Part shown: positions 47,784-57,493 of the stretch, piece by piece | How positions within the stretch are numbered: position 1 is the first letter of the stretch | How the letters are laid out: each line of letters starts with the position of its first letter | Virus record (IMG/VR): IMGVR_UViG_3300027911_000015 | Span: 1 to 58,065 of that record | Strand: one strand, 5' to 3' | Length of the DNA stretch: 58,065 nt | Source of the DNA: a virus | Lineage: Duplodnaviria; Caudoviricetes | The notes under the pieces: model-generated | What the model was told of the DNA's origin: nothing | Databases searched by the model: none | The model's input: the letters and a program-made list of their open reading frames with translations, nothing else | Made by a program: the position numbers and the translations under genes

Positions 47784-49132
47784 TGTTTAGCCTTGCGTTC
47801 GAACAACTTGATGAATGATGGATATACATCCTTATCCGATGTGGACAATGCCATTCCCAAGTTGGTGTGTGATTGCGCAATCTTCTCGTAGAGTGGCCAT
47901 AGACCATCCGAGGTCGAAGAGTGCATACCCCAACTCGTATTTTTGTATAGTTGCGAACCGTGATAGTGCGGATCCGCCTGAATGTATGCGAAGTATTGCA
48001 CGATTGGAAGAAGTTTCTTGGTCAGAATGTCCTCAACCTCAAGATTATCTTCGGAGTAGTTATCACCGTCAGAGGCTTGGGCAACATACACATTCCATTG
48101 TTGGAGTGGATATCGTTCCTGAATCGTATCATAGGTCAGTTGGAGGGCCCTTGATACCACCGTGCCTCCTGATTCCTTCGAGTGATAGAACTCATGTTCA
48201 TCAACCTCTTCGGCGTCCGTGTGGTGGCGAATATATACGATTTCGACACGTTCATAGTTCTTTACAAGGAAGAGATACAACAGAAGGAAGAATGTCTTGG
48301 ACATTTTCTTCTTCTCTTCGTCCATTGAACCCGACACGTCAAGAATACAGAACATCACCGCTTGGACAGTAGGAACAGGCACCTTCGTATAGTTGGTGAA
48401 ACGGAGGTCCATTGGGTCAATGAAGGGAACAGCCTTTACACGGCGCTTGAGTGTTTCAATCTGTTTGCAAAGGTCCTCACGTTCCTGTTTTTGTCGGGCA
48501 GCACGTTCGATATCAAGTGAACAATCATGGACACTATGATCCATATCGTACAACTTTTGTTCCGCTTCCTTCAGTTTCTTGGCAAGGGCAGCCCGCAGAC
48601 CGAATCTACGGCCCTTGGCTTGGCGCATTGAGCGAACGATATTCAGTTGGGATGGAGGACCTTCAGAGACATAGCCAGATCGGTGCTTCTCTTCTTCATT
48701 GACCTTGGCAATGGTGCGTTTGAATAGATCGGGAAGTTCGCAGTTCTCAAAGAAGATATCAAGGAACTCTTCTTTCGTCAAGGTGAACTCGAAAGAGTCC
48801 TCACCTTCACCATCCTTGCCTCCCTTGTTTCCTTTTCCCTTACCCTGTTGAGGACGGTCGATTTGGTCACCTGGCACATACTCTTCATTGCCTGGTGCTA
48901 CGATGTGGTGTTCACCAATCGACCTATCATGATGGAAATGAGGCTCTTTGAGGTCCTTTGTTGGGATCTTGACCTTGCCCTTACCATCAGCAAGGTCTTT
49001 CAGATCCGTATCCGAAATGGACTTCCTTACGGCATCCTTCAGGTGTTCTCTCACACGCCCAACAAACTTGCGGCGATTCTCGGAGGATTTACCCTTATTG
49101 TTCAGCCGACGGTCAATGATCGTGTGTGCCAT
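47780..49132 (-). CDS. yeaH: YeaH/YhbH (DUF444) vWA-domain protein (start MAHTIIDRR)
   Basis: IIDRRLN, PGNEEY..GD.I.RP, GEGEDSF.F.L, AVMFCILDVSGSM (MIDAS), IRHHT.A.EVDE, SDGDN. Confidence 0.95.
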   Translation of the reverse strand: MAHTIIDRRLNNKGKSSENRRKFVGRVREHLKDAVRKSISDTDLKDLADGKGKVKIPTKDLKEPHFHHDRSIGEHHIVAPGNEEYVPGDQIDRPQQGKGKGNKGGKDGEGEDSFEFTLTKEEFLDIFFENCELPDLFKRTIAKVNEEEKHRSGYVSEGPPSQLNIVRSMRQAKGRRFGLRAALAKKLKEAEQKLYDMDHSVHDCSLDIERAARQKQEREDLCKQIETLKRRVKAVPFIDPMDLRFTNYTKVPVPTVQAVMFCILDVSGSMDEEKKKMSKTFFLLLYLFLVKNYERVEIVYIRHHTDAEEVDEHEFYHSKESGGTVVSRALQLTYDTIQERYPLQQWNVYVAQASDGDNYSEDNLEVEDILTKKLLPIVQYFAYIQADPHYHGSQLYKNTSWGMHSSTSDGLWPLYEKIAQSHTNLGMALSTSDKDVYPSFIKLFERKAKQ

Positions 49133-49143
49133 TAGGTTTCCGA

Positions 49144-51081
49144 TCAGTGGTTCTTGCGGAACCTCATATACCATTCGACAAGCAACCGAACCTGCTTCTC
49201 GGTGTAACCCTTGCTCATCATACGATCCACGAAGTTCTTATGCTTCGTATCTTCTTCGTTGGTTGCTTTCTTGTTGAAGGAGATAACGGGAAGAAGTTCC
49301 TCTGTGTTCGCAAACATCTTCTTTTCGATAACGTTGCGAAGTTTCTCATATGAAGTCCATGCAGGGTTCTTGCCACCGTTGTTCTTCGATGCGCGAAGGA
49401 CAAAGTTCACGACCTCATTACGGAAATCCTTAGGATTGTCGATCTTGGCAGGCTTCTCGATCTTCTCCAGTTCGGCATTCAGTGCATCGCGGTCGAACAT
49501 TTCGTTCGTATCAGGATCACGGAAGTCCGCATTCTGAATCCATGCATCGGCGTATGTAATGTAACGGTCGAAGAGATTCTGACCATATTCCGAATACGAT
49601 TCGAGATATGCCTTTTGGATTTCGTCCGAAAGGAACTCGGCGTACTTCGGCGTAAGCACCGAGCGAATGAACTTCAGATATTCTTCCTGTGTATCCTTCG
49701 GCAGACGTTCTTCGTAAATCTGCTTTTCGAGAATATACATCAGGTGAATAGGATTGGCAGCGACTTCGCCCTTATCATAATTGAATGTCTTGGACAGGAT
49801 CTTGAAGGCGAAACGAGTGGACATTCCATCCATTCCTTCGGTCACACCAGCATCGTCACGATACTCTTGCAGTGACTTGGCATGAGGGTCCTTATCCTTC
49901 AGGTTCTTGCCGTCATAGATTTCCAGTTTAGAATATAGTGCCGAGTTAGCGGGCACCTTCAGTCGGCTGAGGACACAGAATTTGGCCAACGTATCGAATG
50001 TTCCTGGTGCGCAAACGGCTTCCTTCAGTGAGGAGTTTTCGATCAACTTCTTGTAGATATCAACCTCTTCAGTAACACGGAGGCAATACGGAACCTTGAC
50101 AATCGAAATACGGTCAATAAAGGCTTCGTTGCGGTTGTTGTTGCGGAAGGCTTCCCATTCCGACTCGTTCGAGTGGGCGATGATGATACCATGGAAAGGC
50201 ATCGCAGCGAATCCCTCTGTGCCGTTATAGTGACCTTCTTGCGTGGCGGTCAGGAGAGGGTTCAGTGACTTGATGTTCGTCTTGAAGATTTCAGCATAGT
50301 CCACAAGGCCTTGGCCCGTAACGTTCAGGGCACCAGAGTATGAATAGGCATCAGGATCGGCTTGCGAGAAATCTTCCAGCTTGCGAATGTCCACCTTACC
50401 AACGAGGGATGAAATGTCCTGGTTGTTTTCGTCACCAGGTTCGGCCTTGGCAACACCGATGCGAAGGAGTTGCGAGGGCCAGACCTTGACGATCTTGAAT
50501 TGGGTGATATCGCCTTCGAACTCTTGGAGCCTCTTGGATGCCCATGGCGACATGATGGGTCGCAGCGTCTTGCGGGGAATACCGAACTGGTCCTCAAGCA
50601 TAGGACCATCCTGTTCACCGTCGAAGAGTCCAAACGGCGATTCATAGAGAGGAGAAATCTGGTCGCCAGCCTTCAGTGTATAGAAGGGAACCTTTTCGAA
50701 AAGGTCCTTCAGACGTTCAACGATGGACGACTTGCCGCCTCCAACAGGACCCAGGAGATAAAGAATCTGCTTGCGTTCTTCAAGTCCTTGTTCGGCTCTG
50801 CGAAGGAAGGACACAATATCTTCGATGGTTGTCTCAAGACCGTAGAAATCAGCGAAGGCCTTGTATACATGGATCTTGCGATTCATGAAGATCCGAGAAA
50901 GGCGTTCGTTCTTCGAAGTATCCACCAGTTCGGGTTCACCGATAGCGGACAGCAAACGAGCCGCAGGCGAAGCATACATGGTCGGATCCGTCTTGCATTG
51001 CTCCAGAAAGTCCTGGACGGACATTTCATGTGCAGTGCGCGAAGCGTAACGGGTCTTGTACTTGCCGAAGATATCGCTCAT
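49144..51081 (-). CDS. prkA: PrkA/YeaG AAA+ ATPase (serine kinase/protease family)
   Basis: GLEERKQILYLLGPVGGGKS, EPGDENNQDIS.LVGKVDIR, LLTATQEG.Y, AHSNE.EW, NEAFIDR, GMSTRFAFKILS. Confidence 0.96.
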   Translation of the reverse strand: MSDIFGKYKTRYASRTAHEMSVQDFLEQCKTDPTMYASPAARLLSAIGEPELVDTSKNERLSRIFMNRKIHVYKAFADFYGLETTIEDIVSFLRRAEQGLEERKQILYLLGPVGGGKSSIVERLKDLFEKVPFYTLKAGDQISPLYESPFGLFDGEQDGPMLEDQFGIPRKTLRPIMSPWASKRLQEFEGDITQFKIVKVWPSQLLRIGVAKAEPGDENNQDISSLVGKVDIRKLEDFSQADPDAYSYSGALNVTGQGLVDYAEIFKTNIKSLNPLLTATQEGHYNGTEGFAAMPFHGIIIAHSNESEWEAFRNNNRNEAFIDRISIVKVPYCLRVTEEVDIYKKLIENSSLKEAVCAPGTFDTLAKFCVLSRLKVPANSALYSKLEIYDGKNLKDKDPHAKSLQEYRDDAGVTEGMDGMSTRFAFKILSKTFNYDKGEVAANPIHLMYILEKQIYEERLPKDTQEEYLKFIRSVLTPKYAEFLSDEIQKAYLESYSEYGQNLFDRYITYADAWIQNADFRDPDTNEMFDRDALNAELEKIEKPAKIDNPKDFRNEVVNFVLRASKNNGGKNPAWTSYEKLRNVIEKKMFANTEELLPVISFNKKATNEEDTKHKNFVDRMMSKGYTEKQVRLLVEWYMRFRKNH

Positions 51082-51096
51082 TTATTCTTCTCCTTG

Positions 51097-51372
51097 TTAC
51101 TTTGTTTGGGGCTGCGAAACGTATTTAGCGCGGGCAATCTCTTCTTCCCTCAAGGACATATGCAAAAGAATGTTACCTAGATCCTTGATTTTGTCACCTG
51201 AAATGTTGAATCGCATGGTGTTCTGCGATACCGTGCCATTCTTTCCTATTGTTTCATAGGACAGTTTGATGTTGAACTTGTTCGAATAATGATGGTCAAG
51301 GGTCGCATACAGTTCAATACGATGGTCATCGCCCTTATCGATCACGTAATGGAAATCCAAATTTTGGTGCAT
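51097..51372 (-). CDS. Hypothetical protein
   Basis: GGAG SD, 91 aa. Confidence 0.6.
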   Translation of the reverse strand: MHQNLDFHYVIDKGDDHRIELYATLDHHYSNKFNIKLSYETIGKNGTVSQNTMRFNISGDKIKDLGNILLHMSLREEEIARAKYVSQPQTK

Positions 51373-51380
51373 GTCTTCTC

Positions 51381-51587
51381 CTATGCCATCAAAGATACGA
51401 GGTGGTTCCTCAACATATCTTCGTAGTTATCCAGGTGTTTCAGGGCTTCCACGGCAGTAGGAAGATCCACTGTGCCATTGTATAGGTCTACCGAATTTTC
51501 TATGGTATGATTCAGTTCACTCATCTTATGGGTGATTTCGATGATTTCGCGCATCGTGATTTCGCGCGCCGTCACATGCTTAGACAT
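51381..51587 (-). CDS. Hypothetical protein (start MSKHVT)
   Basis: GGAGG SD. Confidence 0.55.
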   Translation of the reverse strand: MSKHVTAREITMREIIEITHKMSELNHTIENSVDLYNGTVDLPTAVEALKHLDNYEDMLRNHLVSLMA

Positions 51588-51900
51588 TTGGGCCTCCACA
51601 CATATTGCCCGCATAGGAAGGACCCACCTCACGTTTCACCTTTTCGAACAGGTGCCACATTAGATGACCATCTTGTTGGGTCCCGATATACTCATGGACT
51701 TGGTCCCAAGTGTCATCGAATTGCTGGCCTGTTGCGATGATTGCAAAATCCCTTTGTTCCGATACACTGGTTACCGTATCACATAACATATACACGACGG
51801 GGTTGTTATCTTGGATCTGAAATGAAAGAACTTTTGCTCCTTTCGGCAAAAACAACGAGGTCCACCCGTAATACAAACCATACTTGTAGATCACTTTCAT
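51580..51900 (-). CDS. Conserved phage hypothetical protein
   Basis: IYKY.L..LPKGAKVLS..Q..TG..YIGT.Q..WHLFE pattern. Confidence 0.7.
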   Translation of the reverse strand: MKVIYKYGLYYGWTSLFLPKGAKVLSFQIQDNNPVVYMLCDTVTSVSEQRDFAIIATGQQFDDTWDQVHEYIGTQQDGHLMWHLFEKVKREVGPSYAGNMCGGPNV

Positions 51901-52214
51901 TTCATCGCGTCCCTGATTTGGTCGGAGATAGGATTTCCGAATTGGTCGTTGATTCCTTCGAACATGAGGGCAAGGCCTTCACAGGCATCCTTCATCAGTT
52001 GAAGGGCTTCATGAGAGAATAGTGGATCGAGTGCGAGGTCGCGATGGGCGTTGATAACATCCGTCAACATTTGGTGTGGATCATTGTAGTTTTCATTGGT
52101 GACAGCAATCATGGCCTCGGCTTCAGCGAGAAGTTCACCTTTCCACTTATTGTGGTTCTCGTCTTCCATCATTTGCCGAACTTCTTCGGATGTATGTAAT
52201 GTGTGAAATCCCAT
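51897..52214 (-). CDS. Hypothetical protein (start MGFHTL)
   Basis: Coupled ORF. Confidence 0.55.
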   Translation of the reverse strand: MGFHTLHTSEEVRQMMEDENHNKWKGELLAEAEAMIAVTNENYNDPHQMLTDVINAHRDLALDPLFSHEALQLMKDACEGLALMFEGINDQFGNPISDQIRDAMK

Positions 52215-52215
52215 T

Positions 52216-52431
52216 TTAGTCCGCCTTTTTCCGTTTCTTTCGCGTAACATGCAGTTCAACCGAATCATCGATGTATACTGCTACGTATTCCTTCGGTGGT
52301 GTCCAAGAAGCGCCGTCTTTCGGCATTTCCCTGAATAGATCCGTCACGATCATAGGTTGATTTAGGTCGGGTCCAAGGAGAAACTCCAGGTCCCTCTTAT
52401 CAACGTAGCCGATAAGTTTAGAGGACGGCAT
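52216..52431 (-). CDS. Hypothetical protein (start MPSSKL)
   Basis: Coupled ORF. Confidence 0.5.
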   Translation of the reverse strand: MPSSKLIGYVDKRDLEFLLGPDLNQPMIVTDLFREMPKDGASWTPPKEYVAVYIDDSVELHVTRKKRKKAD

Positions 52432-52585
52432 CGTTCTGTCCGCCAACGAACACGGCAAGAATCAGTGCATTGGCGCGGGCTGGTGACATGCCGCCGTCCA
52501 CCAATTCGTTGAAAAGTTCAAGTGCCGATGCATCGGCTTTGCCATCAGGGACGGCACGAAACGGAAGCGGCTTGAAGTTTTTCAT
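52418..52585 (-). CDS. Hypothetical protein (start MKNFKP)
   Basis: AAGGA SD. Confidence 0.5.
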   Translation of the reverse strand: MKNFKPLPFRAVPDGKADASALELFNELVDGGMSPARANALILAVFVGGQNDAVL

Positions 52586-52586
52586 A

Positions 52587-53051
52587 TTATTCCTTTGGTT
52601 TGAGTGCTTCGCGTAGAGAATTGATTTCATCACGCATTGCCTTGACAGCATCAGGCAACTTCGATACGAAAGGTTCCAAGTGTGCTGAGCCGGTGTCATC
52701 GAGATACACATCATAGTCGCAATGCTCTGCGATGGCAAGAAGAATCGAACGATACCAATCTGCATTACGAGCGTACTGGGCTGCGGTATCTTCCCAAGGA
52801 TTGTAGGAACAATCTTGAGGATTCCAGGTAGTCCGGTATTCAGGAGGCAGGTCCTCGAAGGAATCTACCGATTGGTAGCGATCTTGATCGGTCTGTTTAC
52901 AATCACATGGAGTATTCATGTCATGCCAACCATCCGACACTCCCCCATGCGGAGCCTTACACTGGTTTGCGAAGGCGTGGGTTGTTCCACCCACCACACC
53001 ACACGAACCTGGCTTATCGCCCTTGCAACCTTCACATTTACCTTCGCACAT
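52587..53051 (-). CDS. Hypothetical protein with Cys-rich N-terminus
   Basis: MCEGKCEGCK..C..C..CDC; GAGG SD. Confidence 0.6.
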   Translation of the reverse strand: MCEGKCEGCKGDKPGSCGVVGGTTHAFANQCKAPHGGVSDGWHDMNTPCDCKQTDQDRYQSVDSFEDLPPEYRTTWNPQDCSYNPWEDTAAQYARNADWYRSILLAIAEHCDYDVYLDDTGSAHLEPFVSKLPDAVKAMRDEINSLREALKPKE

Positions 53052-53052
53052 A

Positions 53053-53601
53053 TTAGACCTCTCGTTTCATTTTGCATTTGTCGAAATGCCTTTGGAACAT
53101 ACTTGGTCCCTTGCCTGATACGTTACAGTGAGGACAAGTATGAACTCTATTTCCTGTTAGGTATCCACCTTTTCTTCCTGCCGCAGTTTTTTCTTCTGCA
53201 CTCATACTATTCAATCCTTTTTGATAGCCAACTATACAGCCTATCTTTCCTGCTTTGGATCTATTTTCAAAAGTGCCATTTTTTCCACCAATCTTTCCTC
53301 CGATCTTACCTCCTATTTTTCCTGCTTTTGACCTCTGTTCGCGTGTCGTCTTAGCGTGCATTATGGATATGTTTTTTGATCCATTATTTTTTCCATTCTC
53401 TATTTGTTTCAGTTCAATCAAATCTTGACCTGAAATCATGCCGCTAAGTCCTAACCATGCTACCTTATCTTCCCATTGCCCAAATGCTATCCAACGAACA
53501 TGGTGGATTTGGGCATGAGCCTCCAACGATACCTCAAGAATGTTGGAAGGATCATCGGTTCCTCCTAAGTGCTTAGGTATTAGATGATGCTTATGTCTCA
53601 T
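53053..53601 (-). mobile_element. HNH homing endonuclease with GGKI repeats and C2HC finger
   Basis: HHLIPKHLGGTDDPSN..H...H; GKIGGKIGGKIGGK; CPHC..MFQRHFDKCK. Confidence 0.8.
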
Positions 53602-55442
53602 ACAGTAACAGGTTCTCCATTCATGATCTGGTCGATTTGTCGTGCATCGAGAGTTTCATATTGGAGTAGAGCCTGCGTCATTGCTTCAACCTTGTCTCTG
53701 TTTTCCAGAATGAGGAGTTTGGCTTTATGGTATTGTTCTTCAAGAATACGGCGAATCTCAGCATCAATGTCCTGCATTGTCTTTTCGGACACGTTGCGGG
53801 TCTGCGTCACACTGCGCCCAAGGAAAACTTCCCCTTGATTCTCCGCATAAACCATGACACCAAGTTTTTCGGTCATGCCGTATTTTGTAACAATATCTCT
53901 CGCCATATCGGTGGCACGTTGGAAATCACTGCTTGCTCCTGTTGTGATTTGTCCCATGAAAACTTCTTCACAAATACGGCCAGCACATAGAATAGCAATC
54001 TTATCGAGCATGTATTTCAGATCATACGTATGTCTGTCCGCGGAAGGGAGTTGCATTGTGACTCCCAGTGCCCGACCACGGGGGATGATCGTGACCTTAT
54101 GCACAGGATCAGTTTTTTCGACCAACCTTGCAACAATGGCGTGACCAGATTCGTGCACGGCAGTATTCTTCAGGTCATCAGGATCCAGAACCATCGAGCG
54201 CCGTTCAGTCCCCATCATGATCTTGTCCTTGGCCTTTTCGAAGTCCTGCATTTCCACCACCTGCGCATTACGGCGCGCCCCCATCAGTGCGGCCTCATTG
54301 ACCAGATTGGCCAAATCCGCGCCACTAAACCCTGGTGTTCCACGGGCCAGCACCTTCACATCCACTGTGGGTGACACAGGAACCCCCTTCATATGTACCA
54401 GTAGGATCTGTTCCCTTCCCTTAATGTCCGGCAATGAAACAGTAACCTGCCTGTCAAACCGTCCTGGACGAAGGAGGGCAGGGTCCAGCACGTCTGGTCG
54501 ATTGGTCGCTGCGATGACGATAATGGTCTGGTCGGTAGAGAATCCGTCCATTTCCACGAGGATCTGGTTCAGGGTTTGCTCGCGTTCATCGTTACCTCCA
54601 CCTACCCCTGCTCCACGTTGGCGTCCAACCGCATCGATTTCGTCAATAAAGATGATACAGGGGGCATGTTTCTTGGCTTGGGCGAACAGGTCACGAACCC
54701 GAGCAGCGCCAACACCGACGAACATTTCAACGAAGTCGGAGCCCGAGATATGCATGAATGGAACACCAGCCTCACCTGCAATGGCCTTGGCGAGCAGTGT
54801 CTTACCCGTGCCAGGTGACCCTACCATGAGGGCACCACGAGGGATGCGACCGCCGAGTTTCGAGAATCGCGTAGGGTCCTTCAGGAAATCCACGAACTCC
54901 TTGACTTCTTCCTTGGCCTCATCGCAACCCGCAACATCGGTGAATCGTGTCTTGACTTGATCGGGCTCCAGCTTCTTACCCGTGGACTTGCCGAAACTCA
55001 TGGCACCACCAGCACCACGTCCACCCATACGGCGCATGAGCCAGATCCACACAATGACCAGAAGGAGAACAGGACCGAACACCCAGAATACATTGCCGAG
55101 GGACGAGGGCTCAGGTGCAGGGATGTATTCGAGATTGACCTTATGGACACTCAGGGCTTCCATCACCACCTTATCGCCCGAAGGAACAATGGTCGTGATT
55201 TCAGACTTGTCTTTCTCCTTGGCAAAGATGCCCGTGGATCCCGCGCGCAGTTCTTCGAGTTTGGCAGAGACAACCTTATCTGCGTTCACCTCAGTGATAA
55301 ACTGCGTGTAGGTGACCTCGCGAGGAGTAATGTGGGTGTGACTGATAGCTTCTTTCCTCAAGTAATGTGCAATAGCAAAGACAGCAATTGCGGAAACAAA
55401 AAGGATTGCCACTTTAATCTGTAGGTCACTTGGCTTTTTCAT
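53598..55442 (-). CDS. ftsH: ATP-dependent zinc metalloprotease FtsH (full length, two TM)
   Basis: [61 protein letters not shown]. Confidence 0.97.
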   Translation of the reverse strand: MKKPSDLQIKVAILFVSAIAVFAIAHYLRKEAISHTHITPREVTYTQFITEVNADKVVSAKLEELRAGSTGIFAKEKDKSEITTIVPSGDKVVMEALSVHKVNLEYIPAPEPSSLGNVFWVFGPVLLLVIVWIWLMRRMGGRGAGGAMSFGKSTGKKLEPDQVKTRFTDVAGCDEAKEEVKEFVDFLKDPTRFSKLGGRIPRGALMVGSPGTGKTLLAKAIAGEAGVPFMHISGSDFVEMFVGVGAARVRDLFAQAKKHAPCIIFIDEIDAVGRQRGAGVGGGNDEREQTLNQILVEMDGFSTDQTIIVIAATNRPDVLDPALLRPGRFDRQVTVSLPDIKGREQILLVHMKGVPVSPTVDVKVLARGTPGFSGADLANLVNEAALMGARRNAQVVEMQDFEKAKDKIMMGTERRSMVLDPDDLKNTAVHESGHAIVARLVEKTDPVHKVTIIPRGRALGVTMQLPSADRHTYDLKYMLDKIAILCAGRICEEVFMGQITTGASSDFQRATDMARDIVTKYGMTEKLGVMVYAENQGEVFLGRSVTQTRNVSEKTMQDIDAEIRRILEEQYHKAKLLILENRDKVEAMTQALLQYETLDARQIDQIMNGEPVTV

Positions 55443-55965
55443 CAATATTCCTTTTCTTACAGTTATCGAAATGGTATCTTTTCATATTGCGAATACTCTT
55501 CATACCACAATGAGGACATTCTAACATCTTGGCATTTTTCTTTAGAAGATGATGTACCCCTTCCTCAACCAATTTCCTATGTATTTTTCCTCCGACCAAA
55601 ACATTTCTTCCTTCTTCTATCAATTTACGCTGAAGTTCTCCTCCAAGGAAATGATGAGTACCTTCTTTTGATCTTTTCAGTGCATGATATCTTTGAAACC
55701 CACTATCTAAGAAATGATGGGTACCTTCTTCAACTCTTTTCTGGCATAATTCTTTACTATGTTTAGTATACACCTCATGTAAGATTTCTTCTTTTCCTAT
55801 TTGGCCGCTTAATCCTTTCCAAGCAACCTCATCTTCCCAATGGCCGTATTGTTCCCACAGCAATCGATGGGCTTCGGCATGTTCCTCTATTGTAAGTTCT
55901 ACGAGGTTGGAGGGATCGTCTGTGCCTCCCATGTGCTTAGGAATGATGTGGTGTGTATGTTTCAT
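55426..55965 (-). mobile_element. HNH homing endonuclease with EGTHHFL repeats and C2HC finger
   Basis: HHIIPKHMGGTDDPSNLVELT.EEH..AH; four EGxHxxL repeats; CPHC..MKRYHFDNCK. Confidence 0.82.
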
Positions 55966-55974
55966 AAACCACTA

Positions 55975-56088
55975 TTACTTCTTCAGTCCCTTGAACAACA
56001 GATATCCTATCGCTACTGCCATGCCAATGAGGATCAGGCGAGATACGAAATAAAGCGTGGCGAAAATAACTAGGGCTACTCCGTGCAT
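55975..56088 (-). CDS. 37-aa membrane peptide (not in the ORF track)
   Basis: MHGVALVIFATLYFVSRLILIGMAVAIGYLLFKGLKK; GGAGG SD. Confidence 0.5.
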   Translation of the reverse strand: MHGVALVIFATLYFVSRLILIGMAVAIGYLLFKGLKK

Positions 56089-56270
56089 GGTTCCTCCGGC
56101 ATCCAGATGATCGATACGATGAACTTTCCCTTTTGAAGACCGTATTCATCCTGAGGAATATCGTCCACAACAGGATTGTAATCCGGTTCGAATGCATCGG
56201 CTATATCTTGGTCAAGGTCATACAGCGATTCGCCGTCATATTCCTTTTGAAACACTACGATATGAGGCAT
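56076..56270 (-). CDS. Small acidic hypothetical protein
   Basis: GAGG SD, 64 aa. Confidence 0.6.
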   Translation of the reverse strand: MPHIVVFQKEYDGESLYDLDQDIADAFEPDYNPVVDDIPQDEYGLQKGKFIVSIIWMPEEPCTE

Positions 56271-56272
56271 GA

Positions 56273-56416
56273 TTATACTTCCTCTCCGTAAACCGGCTCA
56301 ACAGCAAGGACCGATGCATCATCGAATACGAGAGCGATCCGGTCAGCCTCAATAATGGCCTCTTCTTGCGTTACACAATCAAGATAAATGTCCAAGGTGA
56401 TACGATATTCACTCAT
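56273..56416 (-). CDS. 47-aa acidic hypothetical protein (not in the ORF track)
   Basis: MSEYRITLDIYLDCVTQEEAIIEADRIALVFDDASVLAVEPVYGEEV; AAGGAG SD. Confidence 0.6.
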   Translation of the reverse strand: MSEYRITLDIYLDCVTQEEAIIEADRIALVFDDASVLAVEPVYGEEV

Positions 56417-56418
56417 GA

Positions 56419-56631
56419 TTACTCCTTCACTCCATGTTCAGTGACCACGGCGACCTTGGTGACCTGATAATCGTTCCAATCACCTAGACTATACAACTTC
56501 TGGCCGCCTTCTCCCGACACGAAATCTCTTTCGAGCAGGTTCTTGATTTCACCAGGTGTATACTCGGTGTGACCTTCCATCATTTCGATTTCGAACTCCA
56601 TCGTAATGACCATCTTCTTGCTTGTTTCCAT
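56419..56631 (-). CDS. Small acidic hypothetical protein
   Basis: AAGGAG SD. Confidence 0.6.
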   Translation of the reverse strand: METSKKMVITMEFEIEMMEGHTEYTPGEIKNLLERDFVSGEGGQKLYSLGDWNDYQVTKVAVVTEHGVKE

Positions 56632-56633
56632 GA

Positions 56634-57125
56634 TTACTCCTTGATATTTCCACGAAGGTATGATTTGATTGTCTTTGCCCTCTTGCTGAATCCGTTGGGA
56701 TAAATCTCGTGTCTGCTATTTCCACTCACACAGTTTTCGTCGTATTCATACACACCAACACATTTGCTACTTTTGTGCGCGCTATGTTTCTTCATTTGCG
56801 TGTAGATGTGTGACAATGTATCTCCATCAGACACGAAATCATCAACGATGAGGTAGTTTTTGATGGTCGTCAGACTAGGATCACACCTTTGCAACAGATA
56901 TTCGACCTTGTCTCCATGTGACTTCTCTCCTTCCTTCCGCACCATGATGATGGGCATATTGAGTAGATAGGCAAGAGGAAATGCGATGGCGGCACCCGAT
57001 GACCCACAGAATACGAGGGCATCAACCTTGAGTTTTCCAATGAGGGTGAGAATGTCGTCCTGGGCCTCCTTGACCATTTTCTCATAGGAGCCAAGGGTGC
57101 CGGATGACCAACCGTAAAAAGCCAT
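56634..57125 (-). CDS. Type I phosphoribosyltransferase (PyrE/Apt-like)
   Basis: GSSGAAIA, VRK.GEKSHG, PRPP-binding LIVDDFVSDGDT. Confidence 0.85.
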   Translation of the reverse strand: MAFYGWSSGTLGSYEKMVKEAQDDILTLIGKLKVDALVFCGSSGAAIAFPLAYLLNMPIIMVRKEGEKSHGDKVEYLLQRCDPSLTTIKNYLIVDDFVSDGDTLSHIYTQMKKHSAHKSSKCVGVYEYDENCVSGNSRHEIYPNGFSKRAKTIKSYLRGNIKE

Positions 57126-57131
57126 GATATA

Positions 57132-57305
57132 TTATTTGCGGTCAGGGTCAGTGAGAACGGAAATCCATGCCAGTGCCAGGCAGAGGATGGCGGCAGTAAG
57201 GCAGATGCCGGACATTAGAATGTCAATGTAGTGCAGGTAGTTGCCAATCATGCCGAAGGCGAAGGCGATGACACCGAAACAGAGGCCTAGTTTGGTCTGG
57301 CTCAT
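57132..57305 (-). CDS. 57-aa two-TM membrane protein (not in the ORF track)
   Basis: MSQTKLGLCFGVIAFAFGMIG..GICLTAAILCLALAWISVLTDPDRK; ATGA overlap. Confidence 0.55.
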   Translation of the reverse strand: MSQTKLGLCFGVIAFAFGMIGNYLHYIDILMSGICLTAAILCLALAWISVLTDPDRK

Positions 57306-57484
57306 TTCTTGCCAATGCCGATTTGGGTGGCGGTGATGACAGGAATCCCAAGGGGTCCTGCTTCCGCCCCGATAGCGAAAGAGTTACCTTCTTCGTCCCA
57401 CACCACAACTTCATTGATGGCATGGGCGTTCACGAAGGTAATACGGGCTCCAACAAGGGCTTGAAAGCCCCGCTTGTTTTGCAC
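57302..57484 (-). CDS. Hypothetical protein (GTG start)
   Basis: AGGAG SD. Confidence 0.55.
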   Translation of the reverse strand: MQNKRGFQALVGARITFVNAHAINEVVVWDEEGNSFAIGAEAGPLGIPVITATQIGIGKK

Positions 57485-57493
57485 GGTTGTCTC

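Noticed and set aside
46293-55442. Host chromosome contamination or prophage boundary
   Set aside because: Host-like genes are interleaved and overlapping with phage-type ORFs and HNH genes, on the same strand and with the same SD style; no integrase or att site seen.
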